62,950 nt of DNA from Eubacteriales bacterium (GTDB lineage Bacteria > Bacillota > Clostridia > Peptostreptococcales > Anaerovoracaceae). The position numbers and the translations under genes were made by a program. Of this stretch, positions 37,495 through 48,655 are shown piece after piece. The notes under the pieces were generated by a model, which was given only the letters and a program-made list of their open reading frames with translations, was not told the DNA's origin and ran no database searches. The stretch lies in assembly GCA_030525365.1 (NCBI GenBank), contig JAUNEW010000001.1:7260-70209 (forward strand). Reading direction: 5' to 3'. The stretch's first letter is position 1, and every line of letters starts with the position of its first letter.

Positions 37495-38220
37495 ATGAAT
37501 CAAAGTTTCTACATTGGTTCCGGCCGCGGTGGCACGGGAAAATCTGTTTTTGCCGTTAATCTGGCAGCGACTTTCGCTATTCTAGGGCGGAACACGCTAT
37601 TGATTGACATGAATCCCGGAATGCGTTCGCTGGATATTATGCTGGATGTGGAGTGTGAATCCATCTACCATGTATTCGACGTGATGAATGGAATTTGTCA
37701 GCTGGAACAAGCGGTGGTACGGGTGGAAAATCCATCGAATCTGTATCTTTTGCCGGGAGGGTTAATGGAGGACCGAGAGAATTTAAATCCAGAGAAGTGG
37801 GAGAAATTCTTGGAGGAAACACGGGAATTCTACGACTGCATCATTGTGGATGGTGCGCCAGGCGCAGATGCCTTTGTTACAACGTGTGCTTCTGCTTGTG
37901 ATGAAACCCTGATGGTGGTAACACCGGAACTTACTGCACTTCGAAACGCAGATATGTTGGAAGATCAATTGATTCGAAAGAGAGTGCTAAAACGTCGGTT
38001 CGTTATCAACCGTATGAAGCCGGAGCTGGTAGAAAGAGGACTTGAAACAGAAGCTTCTGACATCAATCGCCAGTTCAAATGCGATATGCTGGGGATGATT
38101 CTGGAAGACGATAATTTTCGGTTCAGTGCAGATGCAGGGGTTCCAGTTGTGTTGAAAGAAAAGACGTATATCGCCGAGAACTTTAGGAAGATTGCCGGAA
38201 GATTAATGAACGCAAGATAG
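37495..38220 (+). CDS. minD: MinD-like P-loop ATPase (divergent)
   Basis: SGRGGTGKS, LIDM..GMRSLD, IIVDGAPG, VVTPE..ALRNAD. Confidence 0.72.
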   Translation: MNQSFYIGSGRGGTGKSVFAVNLAATFAILGRNTLLIDMNPGMRSLDIMLDVECESIYHVFDVMNGICQLEQAVVRVENPSNLYLLPGGLMEDRENLNPEKWEKFLEETREFYDCIIVDGAPGADAFVTTCASACDETLMVVTPELTALRNADMLEDQLIRKRVLKRRFVINRMKPELVERGLETEASDINRQFKCDMLGMILEDDNFRFSADAGVPVVLKEKTYIAENFRKIAGRLMNAR

Positions 38221-38278
38221 CGAGGAATTCCAAGGGACAACAACCGGTAGTGCTAACCTTCAAAAGAAGGCCTAGATA

Positions 38279-38307
38279 TTGACTATTAGACCAAATCGGA
38301 TTATAAT
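38279..38307 (+). promoter_or_regulatory. Sigma-A promoter of rny
   Basis: TTGACT-17 bp-TATAAT. Confidence 0.7.
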
Positions 38308-38391
38308 TATTTTGTATCTTTGTGAAATTATACTGGCTGCATAGTCAGGTGATTTTAAATCGTAATACATTATTTTTATATTAAGGAGGAC

Positions 38392-39942
38392 ATGACAGTG
38401 AACGCTACACTCGTAGGAATTGGATGTGCTGTCGTGTTTCTTTCGATTGGACTGTTGGTTGGATACCTTCTGCGCAAGAACGTTGGGGAAAGCAAAATCG
38501 GAAGTGCGGAACAGAAGGCTCAGAACTTGATTCTGGATGCAGAGAATGCGGCGGAGAACATCAAGAAAGAGAAGATACTGGAGGCAAAGGAAGAAACACA
38601 TAAGCTAAGATCAAATCTGGAGAACGAAATCCGGGATCGCCGGAAAGAGGTAGAAAGATCCGAACGCCGAATTCTTCAGAGAGAAGAGAACATCGAGAAG
38701 AAGATGGAGAACATTGAGCGCAGGGAAGAGGGGCTTTCGAAGAAAGAACGTTCCATGAACGAAAAGCACCAGCGCATCGATGAATACCTGGCAAAGCAGG
38801 TGAAGGAACTGGAGAAGATTTCCGGTTATACACAGGAAGAGGCAAAACAGATTCTTCTGGATGAAGTGGAAAAGGATATTCGGAAAGATGCTTCGGCCAT
38901 GATTACTCGTGTTGAGTCCGAGGCGAAGGATGAAGCGGACAAGCGGGCCAGAGAGATTGTCACCATGGCGATTCAGCGTTGTGCGGCAGATCAGGTTGCG
39001 GAGACCACCGTTTCCGTGGTACCTCTTCCAAGCGATGATATGAAGGGAAGAATCATCGGAAGAGAAGGCCGTAATATTCGGGCCATTGAGACACTGACTG
39101 GAGTAGATCTGATTATCGACGACACGCCGGAAGCAGTTATCCTGTCCGGCTTCGACCCGATTCGTCGGGAAATTGCACGAATTGCACTGGAGAAGCTGAT
39201 TACAGATGGACGAATCCACCCGGCTAGAATCGAGGAAATGGTTCAGAAGGCCACCAAGGAAGTGAACAACATCATCAAAGAAGAGGGCGAACAGGCTTGC
39301 TTTGAGACCGGTGTACACAACTTGCATCCAGAGATGGTGAAGCTCCTGGGACGTCTGAAATACCGGACTTCCTACGGCCAGAACGTGCTGAAGCATTCCA
39401 TTGAAGTATCCATCTTGGCAGGCCTGATGGCTTCAGAGCTGGGATATGATCCAAGACTGGCAAAGAGAGCTGGCCTCTTACATGATATTGGAAAATCCAT
39501 TGACCACGAAGTGGAAGGAACTCACGTGGAAATCGGTGCGAATATCTGTAAGAAGTACAAGGAATCCTGGAAGGTAATCAATGCAGTTCAGGCCCATCAC
39601 GGTGACGTTGAACCGACGACGATGGAGGCAGTTCTGGTAGCGGCTGCGGATGCACTTTCTGCGGCGAGACCAGGTGCACGTCGTGAGACTCTGGAGTCTT
39701 ACATCAAGAGACTGGAGAGCTTGGAGGAAATTGCGAATACCACGAAGGGCGTTGATAAGTCTTATGCGATTCAGGCGGGCCGTGAGATTCGGATTACCGT
39801 TAAGCCAAACCAGGTGAAGGATGATGAAGTACCGATGCTGGCACATGAAGTCGCAAAGAAAATCGAAGGCGAACTCGAATATCCCGGACAGATTAAAGTC
39901 AATGTTATCAGGGAGACCAGAGCGACCGATTACGCGAAATAA
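38392..39942 (+). CDS. rny: Ribonuclease Y
   Basis: N-terminal TM, coiled coil, KH motif [15 protein letters not shown] motif LLHDIGK. Confidence 0.97.
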   Translation: MTVNATLVGIGCAVVFLSIGLLVGYLLRKNVGESKIGSAEQKAQNLILDAENAAENIKKEKILEAKEETHKLRSNLENEIRDRRKEVERSERRILQREENIEKKMENIERREEGLSKKERSMNEKHQRIDEYLAKQVKELEKISGYTQEEAKQILLDEVEKDIRKDASAMITRVESEAKDEADKRAREIVTMAIQRCAADQVAETTVSVVPLPSDDMKGRIIGREGRNIRAIETLTGVDLIIDDTPEAVILSGFDPIRREIARIALEKLITDGRIHPARIEEMVQKATKEVNNIIKEEGEQACFETGVHNLHPEMVKLLGRLKYRTSYGQNVLKHSIEVSILAGLMASELGYDPRLAKRAGLLHDIGKSIDHEVEGTHVEIGANICKKYKESWKVINAVQAHHGDVEPTTMEAVLVAAADALSAARPGARRETLESYIKRLESLEEIANTTKGVDKSYAIQAGREIRITVKPNQVKDDEVPMLAHEVAKKIEGELEYPGQIKVNVIRETRATDYAK

Positions 39943-39944
39943 TC

Positions 39945-39972
39945 AAGGCTCCCCGATACGGGGAGCTTTTTT
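39945..39972 (+). terminator. Intrinsic terminator after rny
   Basis: AAGGCTCCCC-gatac-GGGGAGCTTT plus T-run. Confidence 0.78.
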
Positions 39973-39999
39973 ACCGTAATGGAGAAATGAAGGAAAGAA

Positions 40000-41184
40000 A
40001 TGATATATCTGGATAATAGCGCAACAACAAGACAGTATGATGAGGTAACGGATTTGATGGTCCGCCTTCAAAAGGACTATTTCGGAAACCCATCATCACT
40101 TCATTCCATGGGATTTGAAGCAGGAAATTATCTTTTTGATGCAAGAGAGGAAATCAGTCGTACTTTTCCATATGATGGTCGGATTATATTCACATCAGGC
40201 GGAACAGAGAGCGACAATACGGCTATTTTTTCCGTATGCAGAAAGATGCGGAGACGGGGAAATAAGATTATTACCACTGAAGTGGAGCATCCTGCGGTGC
40301 TTGAGTGCATGAAGCGACTGAAGGAGGACGGTTATCAAGTGGAATACCTCAAGGCAGATGTGAATGGCTATGTGGAACCACAGGCACTGAAAGCGGCGCT
40401 GGACGAGAATACAATTCTGGTCACCATGATGGCGGTGAACAATGAAGTGGGAACCATTGAACCGGTGCTACCGTGTTATAATATCGTACAGGAATTCAAT
40501 CAGCTGTATGGAACCAAGATTCTGTTTCATACCGACGCAGTGCAAGCCTTTGGCAAAATGAGCTTCGCCGATGCACCTTTTGATTTGATTTCTATTAGTG
40601 GACACAAGTTCCATGGCCCGAAAGGGGTAGGCGCGTTGTATGTCCGAAAAGGTGTAGATATCCCTCCTTACATTCTGGGCGGCGGTCAGGAGAACGGATA
40701 CCGCTCCGGCACGGAAAATACCCCTGGAATTGCGGGCTTAGGACTGGCGGCGAAGATGACCACAGAGAACCTATTTGAAAAACAGATGAAGATGGCAAAG
40801 GTGAACGACTACTTCCGTAAAGCGGTAGTGGAGGAAATTCCCGATGTGCAGCTCAACGGATTTGAAGAGCAGGGAATGGAGCTAACGGATTTCGGAACCC
40901 GTTGTCCGTCGGTCATTAATTTTTCCTTCCTTGGAACCCGTGGAGAGGTTCTTCTGCACACATTAGAGCAGGATGGGATTTTTGTTTCCACTGGATCGGC
41001 TTGTGCCTCCCATCACACGGGAGACAGCCACGTGTTGCAGGCCATGTCCATGAACCACAAGGAGATTGAAAGCGCAATTCGCTTTAGTTTCTCCGAGTTC
41101 AACACCTTGGAGGAAATGGATTTCGTTATCGACCGGCTGAAGGCCGCAGTGGCTAGATTCCGCCGGCTGGGTAGCTTCCGATAG
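40000..41184 (+). CDS. Cysteine desulfurase (IscS/NifZ-like)
   Basis: IYLDNSATT, GNPSSLH, TSGGTE, SGHKFHGPKG, STGSAC. Confidence 0.93.
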   Translation: MIYLDNSATTRQYDEVTDLMVRLQKDYFGNPSSLHSMGFEAGNYLFDAREEISRTFPYDGRIIFTSGGTESDNTAIFSVCRKMRRRGNKIITTEVEHPAVLECMKRLKEDGYQVEYLKADVNGYVEPQALKAALDENTILVTMMAVNNEVGTIEPVLPCYNIVQEFNQLYGTKILFHTDAVQAFGKMSFADAPFDLISISGHKFHGPKGVGALYVRKGVDIPPYILGGGQENGYRSGTENTPGIAGLGLAAKMTTENLFEKQMKMAKVNDYFRKAVVEEIPDVQLNGFEEQGMELTDFGTRCPSVINFSFLGTRGEVLLHTLEQDGIFVSTGSACASHHTGDSHVLQAMSMNHKEIESAIRFSFSEFNTLEEMDFVIDRLKAAVARFRRLGSFR

Positions 41185-41232
41185 TATGATTTAAGAGATT
41201 ACTTTTACATTATAATTACGTAGGAGAAAACA

Positions 41233-42417
41233 ATGGAAAAGAATTTATATATTGTTCGTTGCGGCGAAGTGGCCCTGAAGGGAATGAATCGTCCGTATTT
41301 CGAACGGGTACTTCTGGAAAGAGTACGCGGTGCCCTTTCCATCTATGAAGACGTAGAATCCAGATGGATTGGCGGCCTGATGTTGGTTCGTGTACCAGAG
41401 ACAGTTCCTCAGAATGACGTGGTTCGAACCGCCTCCAAAGTCTTCGGTGTAGCAACGGTCAGCCCGGCAAAGTGCTGCGTTCCAGACATGGAGGAGATTG
41501 GAAAGACGGCTGCGGCTTACATGATGGACATCATTGAGAAGGAAGGTATTCAATCTTTCAAGGTAAAAGCAAAGAGAGTGGATAAGACGTTCCCGGTTCA
41601 GTCTCCGGACATCGGCCGACAGGTGGGCGCTACCATTTTGAAGACCTGTAAAGTTCTTCATGTGGATGTGCATGATCCTGACGTACTTCTCTACGTAGAT
41701 GTTAGAGCCGAAGGCGCGTACATCTATCGGGATAAGATTAAGGGGTTTGGCGGCCTGCCTCTGGGAACTAACGGAAAAGGACTGATTCTCATGTCCGGTG
41801 GTATTGACAGTCCGGTGGCTGCTTTCATGATGGCAAAGAGGGGAATGAGAATTGAAGCGATTCATTTTCACTCTTATCCATACACAAGTCAGAGAGCTCA
41901 GAAGAAGGTGGAAGACCTGTGCGGTGTTTTGGCCGGATACATGGGATCCATCAAAATGTATGTGGTGAATCTGCTGCCGATTCAGGAACAGATTGTACAG
42001 AATTGTCCGGAAGACGAAACCACTATCCTGGTTCGCCGTTTCATGATGCGGATTGCGGAACAGATGGCCGTGAAGAAACACGATATGATGCTGATTACCG
42101 GTGAGGATTTGGGACAGGTGGCTAGCCAGACGGCAGAGGCTCTGGTGGTAACGGATTCTGTGGTGAAGATGCCGGTAATGCGGCCGTTGATTGCCATGGA
42201 TAAGGTGGATATCATGGAGAAAGCCCAGGAAATCGGAACCTATGATATTTCCATCCAGCCTTACGAGGATTGCTGCACAGTATTCCTTCCAAAGCATCCG
42301 GTGACGAAGCCGAAGCTGAAGAACATCGAGAAGTCCGAGGAAGCCTTGGATGTGGATGCACTGGTAAAGGCTGCAGTAGATTCAGCGGAGACCATCCTGA
42401 TTGAACCAAAGAAATAG
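41233..42417 (+). CDS. thiI: tRNA 4-thiouridine synthase (no rhodanese domain)
   Basis: GEVALKG.NR, THUMP domain, PP-loop [21 protein letters not shown]. Confidence 0.95.
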   Translation: MEKNLYIVRCGEVALKGMNRPYFERVLLERVRGALSIYEDVESRWIGGLMLVRVPETVPQNDVVRTASKVFGVATVSPAKCCVPDMEEIGKTAAAYMMDIIEKEGIQSFKVKAKRVDKTFPVQSPDIGRQVGATILKTCKVLHVDVHDPDVLLYVDVRAEGAYIYRDKIKGFGGLPLGTNGKGLILMSGGIDSPVAAFMMAKRGMRIEAIHFHSYPYTSQRAQKKVEDLCGVLAGYMGSIKMYVVNLLPIQEQIVQNCPEDETTILVRRFMMRIAEQMAVKKHDMMLITGEDLGQVASQTAEALVVTDSVVKMPVMRPLIAMDKVDIMEKAQEIGTYDISIQPYEDCCTVFLPKHPVTKPKLKNIEKSEEALDVDALVKAAVDSAETILIEPKK

Positions 42418-42479
42418 AATGTCGATTTACAAAACAAGGTGAATATGGTACTATTTCAGAAGTAAGGAAGGTAGAAAAT

Positions 42480-43184
42480 ATGGCGACAAAATACAAGCGT
42501 GTACTGATTAAACTGAGCGGAGAAGCACTGGCAGGAGACGATAAGTTCGGTGTTAATCCGGAGATGACGGTGAAGACCGCAAGGCAGATTAAGGAAATTC
42601 ATGATGAAGGAGTTCAGATTGCCATCGTGGTAGGTGGCGGAAACTTCTTCCGAGGCCGTACTGGTGGAAATATTGACCGTGCCACGGCAGACTATATGGG
42701 AATGCTGGCAACGGTAATGAATGCGTTGGCACTTCAGGATTCCCTCCTTTCCATCGGATGCGATGCGAAGGTGATGACAGCCATTGAAATTCGAGATATG
42801 GCAGAGGGTTATTCCAGACGGAAAGCATTGGATTACCTCGAAGAGAACAAGATTGTAATCTTTGGAGGGGGAACCGGAAGCCCGTTCTTCTCCACGGATA
42901 CAACAGCGGCTCTCCGTGCAGCGGAGATGAATGCCGAAGTGATTCTGTTGGCAAAGAATATCGATGCAGTGTATTCGGAAGACCCGAACGTGAATCCGGA
43001 TGCAGAGAGATATGAAGAGCTGACCTATATGGATATTGTGGAGAAGGAACTCAGAGTAATGGATCTCACCGCTGCGACTCTGTGCAAGGATAATAACATT
43101 CAGCTGTACGTTTTTGCGATGGCAGAAGAAGGGAATTTAATGAAAGTGATTCACGGTGAGAACATCGGTACGCTGATTCACTAG
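42480..43184 (+). CDS. pyrH: UMP kinase
   Basis: [36 protein letters not shown]. Confidence 0.97.
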   Translation: MATKYKRVLIKLSGEALAGDDKFGVNPEMTVKTARQIKEIHDEGVQIAIVVGGGNFFRGRTGGNIDRATADYMGMLATVMNALALQDSLLSIGCDAKVMTAIEIRDMAEGYSRRKALDYLEENKIVIFGGGTGSPFFSTDTTAALRAAEMNAEVILLAKNIDAVYSEDPNVNPDAERYEELTYMDIVEKELRVMDLTAATLCKDNNIQLYVFAMAEEGNLMKVIHGENIGTLIH

Positions 43185-43207
43185 TTGACGAAAATGGAGG
43201 AAAAGAA

Positions 43208-43759
43208 ATGTCACACAAGAAATCGCTGGAAGAAAAACTAGAGAAAACTGAGAACGTCCTGAGAGAGAACCTGAACACAGTACGAGCAGGCAGAGCCAAC
43301 CCGGCGCTGCTGGACAAGGTAAATGTGGACTACTATGGAGTGCCAACTCCACTGAAGAGCCTGGCTAATGTTACCGTTCCAGATGCCAGAACCCTGATGG
43401 TATCCCCATTTGATCCATCCACACTGGGAACTATCGAGCATGCCCTGAACGAGGCCAACCTGGGAATCAATCCATCCAACGATGGAAAGTGCATCCGTCT
43501 GGTCATTCCTCAGCTTACCGAAGAAAGAAGAAAAGAGCTGGTAAAGCAGATTAAGAAGATGGGTGAAGATGCGAAGGTGGCCATCCGTAACGTACGCCGT
43601 GATGTGAACGACGAACTGAAGAAAGAGCAGAAAGCCGGCGACATCACAGAGGATGAGATGAAGAACTCCCTGGACGATGTTCAGAAAACCATTGACAAGG
43701 CCATCAAGAAGGTGGACGAAATCGTGGCAAAGAAGAACGAAGAACTGATGGCAGTATAA
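43208..43759 (+). CDS. frr: Ribosome recycling factor
   Basis: RAGRANP, YYG..TPL, LTEERRKELVK, AIRNVRR. Confidence 0.97.
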   Translation: MSHKKSLEEKLEKTENVLRENLNTVRAGRANPALLDKVNVDYYGVPTPLKSLANVTVPDARTLMVSPFDPSTLGTIEHALNEANLGINPSNDGKCIRLVIPQLTEERRKELVKQIKKMGEDAKVAIRNVRRDVNDELKKEQKAGDITEDEMKNSLDDVQKTIDKAIKKVDEIVAKKNEELMAV

Positions 43760-43820
43760 TAGAGAGATTGAGTGAACGTGGCATTAACGCCACGTTTGCT
43801 TGTATAAGAGGAATTTAAAT

Positions 43821-44543
43821 ATGACAGAATCGAACAAACTCCCAACACATGTGGGTGTTATAATGGACGGAAACGGTAGATGGGCGAAGAAGAAGGGTGT
43901 ACCCCGTTTGATGGGACATAACGCCGGCATGGAATCCATGAAGAAAATCGTCATTGCCGCATCCAACATGGGAATTAAATATCTTACAGTGTATGCTTTT
44001 TCCACAGAAAACTGGAAACGAAGTGTGGAAGAAGTCTCTGGTATTTTCAAGCTGATTGTCAAGTACGTGCAGTTGGAGCTAAAGGAACTGGTGGACAACA
44101 ATGTGCGCATCAATATCATCGGTGAGTACAAAGAGCTTCCGGCAGATTCCGTTACGGCCATTGACAAGCTGCTTAACGCAACGAAAGACAATACCGGTCT
44201 AGTGTTCAACATTGCGGTGAATTACGGTGGTCGTGCGGAAATTGTAAAAGCAGTGAACGAGCTGCTTTCGGAACCGGGAAGAACAGAGATTACGGAGGAA
44301 GATATTAGCCGTCATCTGTATACCGGTGCATGTCACGATGATATTCCAGATCCGGATTTGATTATTCGAACCAGCGGTGAGGAACGAACATCGAATTTCT
44401 TAGTGTGGCAGTCTGCCTATAGCGAGCTAATGTTCACAGATACGCTTTGGCCAGATTTCGATGCGGATGAATTTGCAGAAATGTGCGAGAAGTTCTCCCA
44501 TAGAAAGAGACGTTTTGGAGGAAGGGAAAAGGAAGACAAATAA
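43821..44543 (+). CDS. uppS: Undecaprenyl diphosphate synthase
   Basis: IMDGNGRWA, YAFSTENWKR, NYGGR, IRTSGE.R.SNFL. Confidence 0.96.
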   Translation: MTESNKLPTHVGVIMDGNGRWAKKKGVPRLMGHNAGMESMKKIVIAASNMGIKYLTVYAFSTENWKRSVEEVSGIFKLIVKYVQLELKELVDNNVRINIIGEYKELPADSVTAIDKLLNATKDNTGLVFNIAVNYGGRAEIVKAVNELLSEPGRTEITEEDISRHLYTGACHDDIPDPDLIIRTSGEERTSNFLVWQSAYSELMFTDTLWPDFDADEFAEMCEKFSHRKRRFGGREKEDK

Positions 44544-45322
44544 TGAAGACAAGGATTATCTCCGGAATCGTGATGGTTCCGTTATTGCTTATTATCTATT
44601 TCGGTGGAATGCCTCTGCTGGTGGCAGCGGCGGCGATTGCCTACGTTGGCGTAACTGAATTTTACAACGGATTTGAGAACATGGACGTACACCCGTCCAA
44701 ACCAATCGCGTATATTATGATTACGGTTCTCTATGCGGGACATCTGATTCTAGGTGTGAATCCCACATTCCTGATGGCATGGGTGGTGCTCTCCATGATG
44801 ATTAGCATGATTTATGGATGGAGAATCACGGAGCGAAAGCCCTATGATGCGGTGGCAACCCTGACTGCACTGGTGTACATCGTGTTGTTCTCCTATCATA
44901 TTGTTATCATTGATAATACGGCATATCCGAAGATGACGTGGCTGGTGGTAATCGCTGCCTTCGGATCGGATATTATGGCGTACTTTACCGGCTATTTCTT
45001 AGGAAAGCACAAGATGGCTCCGAACCTGAGCCCGAAGAAAACCATTGAAGGGGCTGTAGGTGGCATTCTGGGAAGTGCGATTTTCTGTGGGATTTTCGGA
45101 TATTTCTTCTATCCAACCATGATGGTTCACTGCGTCCTCATCGGCGTTGTCGGTGGAATGGTTGCCGAAGCGGGAGATTTAACCGCATCCATGTTCAAGC
45201 GTGGAATGGGAATTAAGGATTACGGACATCTGATTCCGGGACATGGCGGCATCATGGATCGTTTCGATAGTGTGATTTTCGTTGCACCGGCGGTATGCTA
45301 TTACATTCTTTTCGTGCTGTAA
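44543..45322 (+). CDS. cdsA: Phosphatidate cytidylyltransferase
   Basis: SPKKTIEG, GDL..S..KR...IKD.G..IPGHGG..DRFDS. Confidence 0.96.
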   Translation: MKTRIISGIVMVPLLLIIYFGGMPLLVAAAAIAYVGVTEFYNGFENMDVHPSKPIAYIMITVLYAGHLILGVNPTFLMAWVVLSMMISMIYGWRITERKPYDAVATLTALVYIVLFSYHIVIIDNTAYPKMTWLVVIAAFGSDIMAYFTGYFLGKHKMAPNLSPKKTIEGAVGGILGSAIFCGIFGYFFYPTMMVHCVLIGVVGGMVAEAGDLTASMFKRGMGIKDYGHLIPGHGGIMDRFDSVIFVAPAVCYYILFVL

Positions 45323-45363
45323 CCGGTGTCTGAAGCAGATAGAACAGACAGGAGTTATTTCAG

Positions 45364-46515
45364 ATGAAGAAAGTGATTATTCTGGGTAGTACCGGTTCCA
45401 TCGGTACACAGACCCTAGACATTATTAATGAGAACCGGGATCAGTTCACGGTGACGGCACTAAGCTGCCGGAGCCGGGTGGATGATTTGATTCAGCAGAT
45501 TCGAGAATTTTCCCCAGAAGCGGTATGCGTAGGGAAGGAAGAGGATGCACATCGCGTGCAGAAACTGTTTCCGAAGCTAGAGGTGTACTATGGAGACGAG
45601 GGACTGATATCTCTTGCTAACCTGGATGCGGACATAGTGTTGAATGCGCTGATGGGAATTAGCGGACTGGCACCAACGTACAGGGCCATTGAAACAGGGA
45701 AAGATATCGCACTGGCCAATAAGGAAACTCTAGTGGCCGGTGGCGCCCTTGTAATGAATCTGGTGAAGCAGAAGAAAGTCCGACTCCTTCCGGTGGACAG
45801 CGAACACAGTGCTATTTTTCAGTGTCTGGAAGGAAATCAGGACCGAGAGATTCGACGGATTCTTTTGACCGCTTCCGGTGGACCTTTCCGGAATTATACC
45901 CTGGAACAGTTGGAAGAGGTCACCCTAGACCAGGCGTTGAATCATCCGAAGTGGTCCATGGGAAAGAAAATCACTATTGATTCTGCGACCATGATGAACA
46001 AGGGGTTAGAGGTCATTGAGGCTAAGTGGCTCTTTGATGTTCCGACATCTAAGATTGAAATTCATGTGCATCCAGAAAGTATCGTTCACTCCATGGTGGA
46101 GTTCCAGGATACCTCTGTGCTGGCTCAGATGGGATTACCGGATATGCGGATTCCAATCAGCCTGGCATTGGGCTATCCGAAACGTCTTCCCTATAGCGGT
46201 GAAAGTTTGAATTTCTTTGATGCTGGTAAAACTCTTCACTTTGAGAAACCGAATCCGGAGGTTTTCCGGTGCATTAAATTAGCCTACCAAGCTATTGAAA
46301 CAGGTGGGAGTTATCCGATTGTATTGAATGGGGCGAATGAGGAGTTAGTCGCGATGTTCTTACAGAAGGAAATTCGGTTCTTGGACATTCAAAGAACAAT
46401 CGAAAGAGTGCTGGAAGAGCATACTATGGCCACACCGAACAGCGTGGAAGAAATTCTGGCAATCGATAGGGAGGCACGCACTGTTGCGAGGAAATCAGCC
46501 TTAGCAAACCGTTAA
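45364..46515 (+). CDS. dxr: 1-deoxy-D-xylulose 5-phosphate reductoisomerase
   Basis: LGSTGSIG, LANKE, PVDSEHSA, TASGGPF, MNKGLE. Confidence 0.97.
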   Translation: MKKVIILGSTGSIGTQTLDIINENRDQFTVTALSCRSRVDDLIQQIREFSPEAVCVGKEEDAHRVQKLFPKLEVYYGDEGLISLANLDADIVLNALMGISGLAPTYRAIETGKDIALANKETLVAGGALVMNLVKQKKVRLLPVDSEHSAIFQCLEGNQDREIRRILLTASGGPFRNYTLEQLEEVTLDQALNHPKWSMGKKITIDSATMMNKGLEVIEAKWLFDVPTSKIEIHVHPESIVHSMVEFQDTSVLAQMGLPDMRIPISLALGYPKRLPYSGESLNFFDAGKTLHFEKPNPEVFRCIKLAYQAIETGGSYPIVLNGANEELVAMFLQKEIRFLDIQRTIERVLEEHTMATPNSVEEILAIDREARTVARKSALANR

Positions 46516-46542
46516 TTTGAAAATAGAAACGAGGATAGATTA

Positions 46543-47550
46543 TTGCTGACAGCGATTTTAACCATAGTTCTTTTCTGTATTATGATTATTCCCCACGAAT
46601 TCGGCCATTTTGCAGTGGCGAAGTTGTGTGGAGTGCAAGTCAATGAGTTTTCCATGGGGATGGGTCCACTGTTGTTTCAAAAACAGAAGGGAGAGACCTT
46701 GTATTCCGTAAGGCTATTTCCCATCGGTGGGTACTGTGCCATGGAAGGAGAAGACGAGGAGAGTGAAAATCCAAGGGCTTTTGGAAACAAGAATGCTCTT
46801 CAGAAGATTGCGGTTCTTCTAGCCGGAGCGGCCATGAATGTACTGACCGCAATCCTGATTATGATTATTGCCATGACTGCAATGGGAATTCCAACGAATA
46901 CCCTGGATTCTGTGGTAAAGAACTCTCCCGCATATGAAGCGGGCATTCAATCCGGAGATACCGTTGTGGCGGTGAATCAACAGAAGACCGATTCCTGGAG
47001 TGATGTGGTCGAGGCCATTGACAAGAGCAAAAAGGGTGAAAGTATCACCATGACGGTGGAGCGAAACGGAAAGAACAAAAGCTGTACCGTAACACCAACC
47101 TATTCGAAAAAGGACAAGCGGATGATGGTGGGAATCGCTTGCAAGCAGAAGCACAGCCTGATTTCCGGTATTAAATACGGCGTGATTGCCACCGGGAATC
47201 TAAACAAGCTGATGATGCAGAGCTTGAAAATGTTGTTCACCGGAAAACTCAGCAAGGACGATGTGTCCGGACCGGTGGGTATGGTTTCGATTGTTAACCG
47301 AACGGCGACGATGGGTGTGGTGCCATATCTTTATCTGGCAGCCATTATCTGCTTGAATTTGGCTTATATTAACCTGCTGCCCCTACCGGCACTGGATGGC
47401 GGACGAATTCTCTTCGTGATTATTCGGAAGATAACAGGAAACCGAATTACGGATAACATGGAAGGGTATGTCCACCTGGCCGGAATGGTGCTGCTGATTG
47501 CGTTTACTATTTTTATCACCTGGAATGACATCATGAAGTTGCTGGGGTAA
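46543..47550 (+). CDS. rseP: RIP metalloprotease RseP/RasP (M50, PDZ)
   Basis: HEFGH, PIGGYC, PDZ domain, NLLPLPALDGG; TTG start. Confidence 0.93.
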   Translation: MLTAILTIVLFCIMIIPHEFGHFAVAKLCGVQVNEFSMGMGPLLFQKQKGETLYSVRLFPIGGYCAMEGEDEESENPRAFGNKNALQKIAVLLAGAAMNVLTAILIMIIAMTAMGIPTNTLDSVVKNSPAYEAGIQSGDTVVAVNQQKTDSWSDVVEAIDKSKKGESITMTVERNGKNKSCTVTPTYSKKDKRMMVGIACKQKHSLISGIKYGVIATGNLNKLMMQSLKMLFTGKLSKDDVSGPVGMVSIVNRTATMGVVPYLYLAAIICLNLAYINLLPLPALDGGRILFVIIRKITGNRITDNMEGYVHLAGMVLLIAFTIFITWNDIMKLLG

Positions 47551-47575
47551 AAGAATATCGGAATAGGAGTGAGTT

Positions 47576-48655
47576 ATGACGAGACAAGTACAATGCGGAA
47601 AAGTTGCGATTGGTGGTGGTGCACCGGTATCCATCCAATCCATGACCAATGTGGATACGAGAGATTCCGTGGCTTTACTGAAGCAGATTCAGGAATTGGC
47701 CGAGGCAGGGTGCGATATTGTTCGGGTGGCGATTCCAGACAATGAAGCACTGATGTCCTTTGCTCGGGTGAGAAAGCAGACAGACATGCCTCTGGTAGCG
47801 GACATTCACTTCGATTACCGTCTTGCCATTGGTGCGATTGAAGCAGGCGCGGATAAGATTCGAATTAATCCAGGAAACATCGGCAGTGCAGAGAACGTGC
47901 GGAAAGTGGTAGAAGCCGCGAAGGAACACCAGGTTCCCATTCGCGTGGGTGTGAATTCCGGATCTCTGGAAAAGCATATTCTGGAGGAATACGGTGGCGT
48001 TACCGCAGAGGCGTTGGCGAAGAGTGCATTGGAAACTGTGGACTACATGGAGAATCTGGGATTCCACGATTTGGTCCTGTCCATCAAATCCTCCGATGTT
48101 CGGATGACTTATGATGCATATACAATTGCCAGCCGGAAGACCGATGTACCGATGCATATTGGAATCACAGAATCGGGAACGCCGGCCAATGGCAAACTCA
48201 AATCCGCCATCGGTATCGGCGGACTTCTTCTTAGCGGTATCGGAGACACGCTAAGGGTGTCTTTGACCGATGATCCGGTGCAGGAAGTACTGTTCGGAAA
48301 GCGAATTCTAGAAGCGATAGGCCTTCGAGAGAAAAGCATTGAAATTGTATCCTGTCCAACATGTGGAAGAACAGCCGTGGATTTGATTTCACTGGCAGAG
48401 GAAGCCGAACGAAGACTTCAACCGATTGCAGTAAGACGACAGGAGAAGGGAATGAAACCCCTTAAAGTTGCGGTAATGGGGTGTGTTGTCAACGGACCGG
48501 GGGAATCTCGGGAAGCGGATTACGGAATCGCCGGTGGAAAGGGAGAGGGTCTTCTTTTCTCCCACGGAGAGATTATCGGGAAGATTCCAGAGGAAGAGCT
48601 TATTGACAGTCTGATTGAAATGATAGAGAAGGAAGAAAGCGAAACGCATGATTAA
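47576..48655 (+). CDS. ispG: HMBPP synthase
   Basis: QSMTN, ADIHFD, RINPGN, RVGVNSGS, SCPTCGR, MGCVVNGPGE. Confidence 0.97.
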   Translation: MTRQVQCGKVAIGGGAPVSIQSMTNVDTRDSVALLKQIQELAEAGCDIVRVAIPDNEALMSFARVRKQTDMPLVADIHFDYRLAIGAIEAGADKIRINPGNIGSAENVRKVVEAAKEHQVPIRVGVNSGSLEKHILEEYGGVTAEALAKSALETVDYMENLGFHDLVLSIKSSDVRMTYDAYTIASRKTDVPMHIGITESGTPANGKLKSAIGIGGLLLSGIGDTLRVSLTDDPVQEVLFGKRILEAIGLREKSIEIVSCPTCGRTAVDLISLAEEAERRLQPIAVRRQEKGMKPLKVAVMGCVVNGPGESREADYGIAGGKGEGLLFSHGEIIGKIPEEELIDSLIEMIEKEESETHD

